Shown: positions 1 through 9,400 of the stretch, one piece after another | Layout: every line of letters starts with the position of its first letter | Position numbering within the stretch: position 1 is the first letter of the stretch | DNA from: a virus | Lineage: Duplodnaviria; Caudoviricetes | Length of the DNA stretch: 34,194 nt | Reading direction: 5' to 3' (one strand) | Virus record (IMG/VR): IMGVR_UViG_3300047560_000356 | Location: 1 to 34,194 of that record | Translations under genes and position numbers: made by a program | The notes under the pieces: model-generated | Told to the model about the DNA's origin: nothing | What the model saw: the letters and a program-made list of their open reading frames with translations, nothing else | Database searches by the model: none

Positions 1-410
1 CTGTAGATGTTTACTACCCTACAGTTGAGCAGAGTGAGTATGGAAATGTCAAGAAGACTTGGATTCATAATAAAACTGTAGCCTGTAATTTTGCTCCACC
101 AACAACAAGGGCAAAGCAAGAAGTTGTGCCAAATGTGAACATTACAAAAGATATTGTTTTAGTTGGAAGAACAAGATCAGATATTAGATTTTCAAACCAA
201 GAAGTTGGTACAGCATATACCAATGTCGTACTAACAAACATTAAAGATTCAGCATGTAACCAGGTATATATTGAAACATCTGGTGCAAGAATGGGCAAAG
301 CAACTATTTTTGAAATTGCTGCTATTGAACCAATAGTTGGGCCATTTGGATCTGTAGAGTTCTACAAGATTGTAATTAGAAGATCTGAGAACCAGGGTGT
401 AGATATCTAA
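1..410 (+). CDS. Head-closure / head-tail joining protein (5'-truncated by window edge)
   Basis: Frame is open from base 3 (VDVYYPTVEQSEYGNVKKTW...), so the GTG at 126 is internal. The 'YG...W' N-terminal pattern and position before neck/terminator/tube genes fit a head-closure protein. Its TAA overlaps the next ATG. Confidence 0.6.
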   Translation, partial: VDVYYPTVEQSEYGNVKKTWIHNKTVACNFAPPTTRAKQEVVPNVNITKDIVLVGRTRSDIRFSNQEVGTAYTNVVLTNIKDSACNQVYIETSGARMGKATIFEIAAIEPIVGPFGSVEFYKIVIRRSENQGVDI

Positions 411-1081
411 TGATTACAGTTAAGTTTGATGATTCAAATTTTGTTAAAGATATGAATAATATTGTTGAATATTCTATTGGATTTATTGATGGGGCTAAAA
501 AGGCAGAGCCAGTATTGCTTAAAAATCTTGGAGATTTGGTGCAGCAAAAACTGGGTGAGTTTGTGGATGCCATGGCACGTATGGAGCCACGTAGACTACA
601 GCACGTATATGAGTTTGGCATGAATGGATCCGAAGGTGCTAGACTATTTGATATTTCATATACTACTTCTGGTAAAGGATTAACTATCTCATCTGATTTC
701 AGACAGTCTACAATAGCAGGAAGATCTGGAGATATTTTTTATAATAAAGCATACATTATGGAAAATGGTATTCCAGTAACAATAAAGCCAAAAAAGAAAG
801 TCCTTGCTTTTGAAGATAATGGTGAAACTGTATTCACGCAAAAGCCAGTTACTGTGAATAACCCTGGAGGCACAGAAGCCAAGAATGGATATGAGCAAAC
901 TGTAAGATCATTTTTTGAAAATTATTTTTCACAATCATTTTTGCACACAACTGGTTTAGATAAGGATTTGTCAGAAGCCAGAGAATATAAAGCTGGCTTA
1001 GGATCTGCCAAAGTTGGCGGTAGAGCAGCAGGAGAAAGACAGGGATATTACTGGATATCTAAGGCAGGAGCTAGAGTATGA
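410..1081 (+). CDS. Putative neck / tail-completion virion protein
   Basis: 223-aa ORF coupled to both neighbours (TAATG, ATGA). Function is inferred from position in the neck module only. Confidence 0.5.
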   Translation: MITVKFDDSNFVKDMNNIVEYSIGFIDGAKKAEPVLLKNLGDLVQQKLGEFVDAMARMEPRRLQHVYEFGMNGSEGARLFDISYTTSGKGLTISSDFRQSTIAGRSGDIFYNKAYIMENGIPVTIKPKKKVLAFEDNGETVFTQKPVTVNNPGGTEAKNGYEQTVRSFFENYFSQSFLHTTGLDKDLSEAREYKAGLGSAKVGGRAAGERQGYYWISKAGARV

Positions 1082-1620
1082 CAATAATCAATTCAGCAGA
1101 ACAGGCAGCTAATTTAGTAACCACACCTATGATGTGGATTAATAAGTATATGCATGAGCAAATAACTGAAATTCTGGGTCTTGACATGCCAGCATTCTTT
1201 CCTACATCACCAACCACCTTGGATGATCTAACACAGTCATTCCCACAAGGTGGTGTAGCCTGTGTATACGATAGAATGGGCAGAATGAGAAGAACAAGTT
1301 TCCCACATATTAAGGGCGAAGAGGCCATCTATTATTTCTATGCAACGGCAGAAAACTCAATTGAGAATATGATCAGAATCCAAGAACTAGTCATGAGACT
1401 AATGGACCGTGAAGATGAGACTGCTGAGGAAATCAATAAGTGGATGAGAGGCAAGACTATTTCTGGAGTTCCACCACTATTTTACTTCCACAGATTTAAG
1501 GTCTACCAGCTCCAGGAAACTAGGGATATTATAGACTTTGGTACAGCCAGAACAATTGCTGGAAATAAGTTCATTATTGATTTTGAATACCACAGAATGC
1601 CTGACATCACTAACGCATAA
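1078..1620 (+). CDS. Putative tail terminator protein
   Basis: 180 aa, immediately upstream of the tail tube gene; size and beta-rich C-terminus (KFIIDFEY) are consistent. Confidence 0.55.
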   Translation: MTIINSAEQAANLVTTPMMWINKYMHEQITEILGLDMPAFFPTSPTTLDDLTQSFPQGGVACVYDRMGRMRRTSFPHIKGEEAIYYFYATAENSIENMIRIQELVMRLMDREDETAEEINKWMRGKTISGVPPLFYFHRFKVYQLQETRDIIDFGTARTIAGNKFIIDFEYHRMPDITNA

Positions 1621-1642
1621 TTAATAAAATACTAAAAAGGGC

Positions 1643-1656
1643 TGTATACTTATACT
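1643..1656 (+). promoter_or_regulatory. Candidate -10 region upstream of the major tail gene (tandem TATACT-TATACT)
   Basis: TGTATACTTATACT in the 1621-1699 intergenic gap; no TTGACA-like -35 at normal spacing. Confidence 0.5.
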
Positions 1657-1699
1657 TGAGGAAACACGCCTTTTATATATCTAAAAAGAGGTGAAATAT

Positions 1700-2311
1700 A
1701 TGGCATATACACGTGGAACCAGTGCAAACATCATCGTTGGTGCTGCTGCTCTCTTCACATTTGAAGGAAACACAGCTCTCACCGCTGCTGATTTGCCAGC
1801 TTACGTTGATAACGAGTCTTTCAAAGACACACTTACAGCGGATGCAGACTTCCGTAACGTAGGTTATACTTCTAACGGTCTAGAACTTCAATTCCAGCCT
1901 GACTTCGGTGAGGTTACAGTTGACCAGGTTCTTGACGCTGCTAAGCTTTTCAAGCAAGGTATGAAGGTTAACCTAAAGACTACATTTGCCGAGGCCACAC
2001 TGGAGAACTTACTCTTTGCACTCGCCAGCAAGGATACAAATCTTACTTCAGCTACTGGCCTACAGACCCTCAACCTATCAGCAGGTGAACTTGGCGAATG
2101 CCCAGTAGAGCGTGGATTGGTTGCAGTAGGTCCTGGTACAGGTGACTGTGCAGCAAATGAGGAAAGAATCTATGCAGCATATCGTGCTTTGTCAATCGAC
2201 AGCGTAACTGTCGCAGCAAAGCGTGACGCAGCAACTCAGTTTGACGTTTCTTTCCGTCTGCTCCCTAACGACAACGCATCTTATGGTAAGATCGTTGACC
2301 GTACAATTTAA
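1700..2311 (+). CDS. Major tail (tube) protein
   Basis: SD-like AAGAGGTG then ATG at 1700 (preferred over GTG 1691). Motifs IIVGAA, VGYTSNGLEL and FAEATLENL are typical of siphovirus tube proteins. Followed by a terminator. Confidence 0.88.
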   Translation: MAYTRGTSANIIVGAAALFTFEGNTALTAADLPAYVDNESFKDTLTADADFRNVGYTSNGLELQFQPDFGEVTVDQVLDAAKLFKQGMKVNLKTTFAEATLENLLFALASKDTNLTSATGLQTLNLSAGELGECPVERGLVAVGPGTGDCAANEERIYAAYRALSIDSVTVAAKRDAATQFDVSFRLLPNDNASYGKIVDRTI

Positions 2312-2331
2312 TTTAATAATTAAATAGATAA

Positions 2332-2370
2332 GCTGCCCTGAGATTATATCTTGGGGCAGTTTTCTTTTTG
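2332..2370 (+). terminator. Rho-independent terminator after major tail gene
   Basis: Stem GCTGCCCTGAGA / TCTTGGGGCAGT (with G-U wobbles), followed by TTTCTTTTT. Confidence 0.8.
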
Positions 2371-2377
2371 CTATAAT
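2369..2377 (+). promoter_or_regulatory. Extended -10 promoter (TGCTATAAT), probably giving a leaderless mRNA
   Basis: Perfect TGnTATAAT ending 6 nt before ATG 2384; no SD present. Confidence 0.7.
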
Positions 2378-2383
2378 AGTTTA

Positions 2384-3061
2384 ATGGCTACTAGAATTCA
2401 AGAAAAGGCATTCGTTGAAACAATTGACGGACTGTCTATTTTAGTTCAGCCACTAAAAATCAAATACCTTAGAGAGTTCATGGATGAATTTGAATGGGTT
2501 AAAACAGCTCAAGACGACAATGAAGCCACTGGATTTTTAGTTGGATGTGCTAGGGTAGCTATGAAACAGTTTTATCCTATATTCACTACTAATGATGATA
2601 TAGAGGATAATTTTGATATGCATAATTTAAAAATAATTCTTGATTATGCAGCTGGTATCAAAATGGAGCCAGAAGAGGATGACCTAGCTAAACAGGCAAC
2701 ATCAGAAGAAAATACAACCTGGGATACACTTGACTTGGCAAAGCTAGAGTCAGAAGCTTTTTTGCTTGGCATATGGAAAGACTTCGATGAGTTAGAAGAG
2801 TCAATATCAATTCATGAACTAACTACCTTACTTGAGGCAAAAAGAGAGCAAGACTATAATGATAAAAAGTTTACTGCTGCACTCAAAGGCATAGATCTTG
2901 ACGAACAGTCTGGACGTGCAGAAGATGATCCATGGGAAGCAATGAAGGCTAGAGTATTTGGTGGAACGAATGATCCAAATGATATCATGGCATATCAAGG
3001 TGTAAATGCTAGCAAAGCTGGGTTTGGCATTGGTATGGGATTAGACTATGAAAAAGTCTAA
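2384..3061 (+). CDS. Tail assembly chaperone, long form (G-T-like fusion)
   Basis: Lies between tube and tape measure. N-terminal ~95 aa are paralogous to 3112..3429; acidic helical C-terminal half (WKDFDELEESISIHELTTLLEAKRE) resembles a T domain. ATG 2384 is preferred because TTG 2351 lies inside the terminator stem. Confidence 0.72.
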   Translation: MATRIQEKAFVETIDGLSILVQPLKIKYLREFMDEFEWVKTAQDDNEATGFLVGCARVAMKQFYPIFTTNDDIEDNFDMHNLKIILDYAAGIKMEPEEDDLAKQATSEENTTWDTLDLAKLESEAFLLGIWKDFDELEESISIHELTTLLEAKREQDYNDKKFTAALKGIDLDEQSGRAEDDPWEAMKARVFGGTNDPNDIMAYQGVNASKAGFGIGMGLDYEKV

Positions 3062-3077
3062 AAATATACCCGTATTA

Positions 3078-3086
3078 TGATATAAT
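3078..3086 (+). promoter_or_regulatory. Extended -10 promoter (TGATATAAT)
   Basis: Intergenic, perfect TGnTATAAT, upstream of SD AAGGAG (3100-3105) and ATG 3112. Confidence 0.65.
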
Positions 3087-3111
3087 TAAACAATACATTA
3101 AGGAGACAATA

Positions 3112-3429
3112 ATGGCAACTACCGTAAACGAAAAGAAGACGGTATCACTAATCGATGGAACAAAGATTGAACTAAGACCGCTTAAGATTTCCCTTCTTCG
3201 ACCTTTCATGAAGAAATTTGAGGGAATTGCAGCAGTAGCAGAAGACAACACAAAGTCAATGGATCTACTTATGGAGTGTGTGCTTATTGCACTGCAACAG
3301 TATAAGCCAGAGCTCACTGACACAGAATACCTAGAAGAAAATCTAGATCTTCCAACAGTCTATCAGATTGTTGAAGAGGCTTCAGGTATTAAGCTAAGCG
3401 AAGCCCAATTTGGCTCAATCGCTGGCTAA
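3112..3429 (+). CDS. Tail assembly chaperone, short form (G-like)
   Basis: 105-aa acidic protein with strong SD, directly before the tape measure gene. Confidence 0.75.
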   Translation: MATTVNEKKTVSLIDGTKIELRPLKISLLRPFMKKFEGIAAVAEDNTKSMDLLMECVLIALQQYKPELTDTEYLEENLDLPTVYQIVEEASGIKLSEAQFGSIAG

Positions 3430-3453
3430 TAGTTTATAAAGAGGTGTAAATGA

Positions 3454-6400
3454 ATGGCTGATGTCGAATCCAATATTAATATTAATATTGATGCGTCTCA
3501 AGCACTAGCAAATTTAAGGGCTCTTCAACGAGAGATATCAGCCTTTCATACACAAATGGCAAAGGGTGGTGCTGCAGCACAGGCAGCATCAAATAACCTT
3601 TCTCAGAATCTAGTCAACCAAATCAATGCTACTGGAAAGTTTTCTGCCCAGTTTACTAATGTTGCTTCAACAACAGAAGCATTTACAACAGCACTAGAAA
3701 AGAATCAGTTTACTCTTAGAGAGTATTTTAGATATACAGGTGCAGCAACAAAAACTTTTGGCAAAATGTTTGCACAAGAGTTCGACACAATTAGCACAGT
3801 TGCTCGTGAACGTGTAAAAGATCTTCAATCACAATATATTAAGCTTGGAAAAGATGCCAATGGTGCTATTCAGGCAATCAAGGTACGCCCACTCGCTCTT
3901 GATATGGATGATCTTGGAACTAAAACACAAATTGCTGCACAAAAAACACAGATTTTAAATCAGCTACTTCAGCAAGGTTCTACAAACCTACTTAACTTTG
4001 GTAAGAATACTCAATGGGCTGGTCGTCAGCTAATGGTTGGTTTTACCATTCCATTGATGATGTTTGGATCACAAGCAGCTAAGGCATTCCAGGATGTTGA
4101 GGAGCAAATGATTCGCTTTAAGAGAGTCTATGGAGACCTACAAACAACTTCTAAAGATGCTCAGGCTGCAGCAGATGATGTAAAGAGACTTGCCTCAGAG
4201 TATACAAAGTATGGCATTGCTGTTGCAGATACTATTAAGCTTGCTGCAGATGCAGCTGCAACTGGTAAACAGGGTGCAGAACTTATGGCACAGGTTGCTT
4301 CTGCAACAAAGCTTGCAGTTCTTGGCGGTATTGATCAGCAACAGGCACTACAGACAACTATCTCATTGACCAATGCTTTTGGTATTGCTGCAGATGATCT
4401 CGCTAAAAAGACTAACTTCCTAAATGCTGTTGAAAACCAGACTGTTACATCTATCGATGATCTAACAACAGCTATCCCTAAAGCTGCACCAGTTGTCAAG
4501 CAACTTGGTGGTAACGTAGAGGACCTTACATTCTTCCTTACAGCTATGCGTGAGGGTGGTGTAAATGCTGCTGAAGGTGCTAACGCACTTAAGTCTGGTC
4601 TTGCATCTATGATTAATCCAACTAAGGCTGCATCAGATATGCTTGCTGGGTTTGGTATTAATATTAGAGGTATTGTAGACTCTAATGCTGGTGATCTAAA
4701 GGGAACAGTTATTGGAGTAGCTAAAGCACTTGATACACTGGATCCACTAAACCGTGCACGTGCTATTGAAACTATGTTTGGAAAGTTCCAGTTTGCACGT
4801 ATGTCTGCCATGTTCCAAAACATTACAGATCAAGGTTCTCAGGCAAATAAAGTTCTTCAATTAACAACAGCTACCTCAGAAGAATTAGCAATCCTGTCTG
4901 AACGAGAAATGAAGACAATGGAAAACTCACCATTGTACAAATTTAAAAAAGCAATGGAAGATCTTAAGGCAACACTTGTACCAATTGGTGAGCAATTCCT
5001 AAAAGCAATTACTCCAGTGATTAAATTTATTGGCGGAATTCTTGAAAAGTTTAATGATCTAAGTGATGGTTCAAAGAAGTTTGTTGTAACGCTTACAACT
5101 ATTCTTGCTGGTATTGGTCCAGTAGCACTTATGACTTTTGGTCTTCTTGCTAACGGCGTAGCAAACATTATCAAGTTATTTACATCAGTCAAGAGAGTAT
5201 TTAACGGTGCTGGTGGAGCATCACAAGATCTTGGGTCACAAACAAGATTTATGACACAAGCTCAAATTGAAGCTGCAGCTGCTGCATCATCTCTTGATCA
5301 GGCTCACTCAGCATTAAAGCAAACATTTACATCTGAAGCTAATGCTGTAGATATGCTAACTGCTGCATATCAAAGAGCAATCACAGCACAGCGTGGATTC
5401 TCAGGTGGCCCAGTTCCAAATACAAGACCAACTAAGCCAAAGAATTTTGCAGATGGTGGAGTTGTTGTAACTGGTCCTGGCGGTCCAAAAGATGATGCAA
5501 TTCCAGCAAACCTATCAAACGGCGAGGTTGTACTTTCTGTAGATACAGTAAATAAAAACCCTGGTGTTGTTGCTGCACTTCTACAGGGAAGAAAGATTAA
5601 TGTTCCAGGATTCTCAAATGGATCTGGTGCAGAAAAATTTGTAAGTAGTGGAATGGGATATAGCCAAGGACACTTCTCTGGATTTAGTGAGCACACTGGA
5701 CAGCAACTTCTTGATATGGCAAAGAATGATCAAGACCTAGCAGCTATTAGAAGTAGACTACAAACACAAGCTGAATTGCTATCAAAAATAACTGGCAATG
5801 AAGTTAAGTATGAAGATATGCTTACACGCAAATTCCAGACATACGACAACAGAGTTGTTGGTCAGTCTATGGCTCTTAACACAATGCTTGGACAATCATC
5901 TGGCAAGGGTGGACAAGCAACAGCAGACTTTGTACAAAGAGAATATGCAGGACAGCGTGAGCAAGCACACGGTATGGCTGCTAACTTTATGAAGGCAAAT
6001 GGTGTAACTCCAGAAAAAATTCAGGTAGCAATGACAGACCTAGCTGATGAGGTAGATGCAGGAATTGCAGACTTTATTGCTAAAACAGGTAAGTCAGCCA
6101 AAGATGTTAAGATGTCTGGACAAGATCTTGATAAGGTTATGCAGACTGCATATGAAAAGGTAGCATCACGCAATAAAGATTTAGCACAAGCATATGCAGG
6201 AATGTCTGAAGTAGCAGGTATTGCTTCTGTAGAAAAAACTAGCACAGGATCAAATAACAGACTAGCTCTTTCAAGATTTAGAACATGGTACAAGAGAAGT
6301 TCTACTAAAGATGAAAACTATACAGCTGGTATGGAGTATTCAGATCAGCCAGCATACCTTGCTCAAGTAGCAAAGCGTAAGTTTAGAGGCGACAACCTAA

Positions 6401-9400
6401 CACTTGCCAAGAAGGTAAGAGATGCAGACCCTGAAGGATTTAGAGATCTACTTCAACAGGGCGATGCAAAGAAGCGTCTAGCAATGCTTAAGGCAATTGC
6501 AAAGAAGCACGGTATTGCAGTTATTGATGAAATGGGCAAGGGTGCACAAGAAGGTCTTGATGAAGGACTACAAAATGCATCTCCATCAAAGAGAGCAAGG
6601 AAGTCTGGTAACTATGGTGCTGAAGGTTATATTGAAGGTCTAGAATCAAAGCCAGATGCTGCAACTCAGGCTGGTAAAAGAAATGCTAAAAGAGCTAATG
6701 ATGGTATAGAATCAGAAGTTGCAGCTGCCAGAGCAGCTGGTAAAAAAGTTGGAACAGCAGCAGCACAAGGTGTTTCTGAGAGTACTGGTTCTACTGGTCC
6801 AAGAGATATGTCTGGAACAGGTCTTCAAGGCATGTTTAATAGAAGCAAGCTTGGTGATAAGTTTAATAATAGTGCATTTGGTCAAAGACTTAATGCTAGA
6901 GCAGCATTCTCTGGTGGTGAGCCAACAGCTATGGCTCAAGGTCTTCGTAAAGCTGGTGGAGTTGGTATGGGCGTTACATCAGCTCTTGCTATGGCATCTG
7001 CAATTCCTGGCCCAATTGGACAAACTGCACAAAGTATTCTACCAGTAGCAAGTGCTATTACAACAGTTCTACCAATGTTATCATCACCAATTGGAGTAGC
7101 AGTGCTTGCTATTGGTGCTCTTGCAGGTGCAGTATACATGCAGAAGAAAGCATTTGACGATGCACAAAATGCAACATTAGATTTTGCCGAAAAGGTTGGC
7201 GTTTCTACTAAGGCAGTCGAATCATTTAGTAAGTTCGCTGGTACAGTATCTGCTTCTGAGGTAATGCGTAAGCGAAGAGAAGGAAACATTAATCCTTTCC
7301 AGATTCAAACAGGAAAAACAACCTGGGGACAATCGTATGTTCAAAGTGAAGATGGCAAAAAGCAAGTTCAAAATGTTAAGGCAGACATTAAGAAAAATGG
7401 TGCAGGAGCTCAGTCAAATATTGTTGCTCAAACAGCTGCAGCTGTGATGGATGGCTCTATGTCTGCAGCACAAGCAAGAAGCTATATTGCTGCAGTAGGA
7501 CAACAACTTGGAGATACCTCATTCTCTATTAAGGCAAATGCTCAGCTAATTAGTCTTATTGGTGTTAATGGAGAAAATATTCTAAAAGATGGTATGGCCA
7601 TTAGAACTAAGCTTATTGAAGATCAAAGAGCTAAGACGACAGCATCAATGAAAGATCTGCAAAAGGCTTCAGCATTTAATGGCGGAGATCTTGGAAATAC
7701 CGCACTTGGTGTAGGTGGCGGTGCAGCAGCAGGTGCAGTAGCAGGTGCAATTGCTGGTAGTGCAATTCCTATTATTGGAACAGCAGTTGGAGCCATTGGT
7801 GGTGCAATCATTGGTGGTGTTGCAGGAGGAATTTTCGCTCAACAAGATAGACAAAAGAGAATTGGTAATGCGTCTGCTGCTACTGTAGCAATGCAAAAAC
7901 AAGAGCTTGAAGTAGAACAGCAAATGCTTGACTCACTCGATATGGAGTATGAGAAGAAGTATGCTAACCTAATGGCTGCTGGAAAACAAGCAGAAGCTGA
8001 AAAGCTTACAAATGATTATCTTGCAAATAGACAGGCACTTCTAGATCAGCAAGCAACAACAGTGCAGAATATGGCTACTAGCTTCAAGTCAGCAGACTCA
8101 GAAGTTCAGGGTGCCCTAATGTCTGGTGTTGATAAGGCAGTTACTAAAAAATACAAGGGAACAATGTATGAAGACATGGTTGGCCTTGCTAATGATAAGC
8201 TTGCATCATCTGGTCTTAGCCAAGAGAAAGTCTTTGTTCTAAAAACTGAAATGGCAGCAGGAAATATTGATCCTATGAAGATGATCAATATTATGAATAC
8301 TTTTGCTGGAGACCAAAAAACTATTGATAAAGTTCTTAGCATTATTACAAAATTTGGTGGTGCAACTGGTGCACAAACAGACCAAGTAATGGCACTATTT
8401 GATGGTAATAAGGCAATTCAAAAAAGTATTGTTACAAAGGTATCTGCAGCAAAAACATCTAAAGATGCACAAAGCATATTGAATATGTGGGCTGCAATTG
8501 GATCATCTACAGCACGTAGCAAAGACTTGAAGGTTGTGGCTGATTTTATTGATAAGAATCCTGCTGTACAAAAGAAACTTTCTGGAATTATTGATACTGT
8601 TAATAAGCATCAGGGTAAGTTTAAGATGGACTTCATTACAAACTTCCTGGGTGATAATAAGGGTGCAATGGATGCTCTTAAGCAAGACATGGACTATTTC
8701 AACAAACTGTCTGATAAAGAGCAAAAGGTATACCTAACAGAACTTGCAGTAATCTCTACTAAGGTTATTTCTGCTAAAGATCCTCTAGTTCAGACCTGGC
8801 TAAAGGGTGCAGGTTCTTCATATGCTAATTCAACAGACGGTGAGCAACTTGCTGCATATCTTGCATATGATGCTCAGACTGTTACTAAAGCTGCTATTGA
8901 TACAACCAGCAAAAAGCCAGGACCTGGAGCAGGCGGTGGTGGCGGTGGTCCACAGGCATCTGCTATCGATGGTCTTACAAAAGAACTTCGTGATGTACAA
9001 AAGAACCAAATTGTTCCAAAGGTTGGTTGGGGTGCCAATATGAGCATTCTTCGTAACCTTTTCTCTGGTAAAGATTCAAAGGGCAAGGATAAGAAAGAAC
9101 TAACACTCTTCAGTGGTCTACAGAACGACATGAGAGCTAAGGGTGCTGGCGAAGATCTTATTCAGCTTATTGCTGGTATGGACCCTGCTGAATTTGAAAA
9201 ACACAAAAAAGAACTCTTTAACTTCGATAAGAAGGGCAATATTAAGTCATTTAAGTCTGATCTAGTTACTATTGGAGAAGCACTACGATCTATTCAGCTT
9301 GGTAAGTTTGTTGATCAACAGCAAGCTGTACTAAAGCAAACTGGAGAACAGGGCTCTGCACTAGAAAAGCTTAAAAAGGCTGGTGTTGATACTGCTACTG

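Noticed and set aside
1632-1675. Imperfect inverted repeat (TAAAAAGGGCTGT...ACACGCCTTTTA) as terminator or ncRNA
   Set aside because: Pairing is weak and mostly A/T with a long loop; not enough support.
2384-3453. Programmed frameshift between the chaperone genes
   Set aside because: The genes are separated by a 50-nt gap with its own promoter and SD. The short gene ends in TAA TAG with only ~24 nt before the TMP start, leaving no extension frame.
8920-8952. GGC/GGT run in the TMP gene
   Set aside because: Ordinary poly-Gly linker in a tape measure protein.
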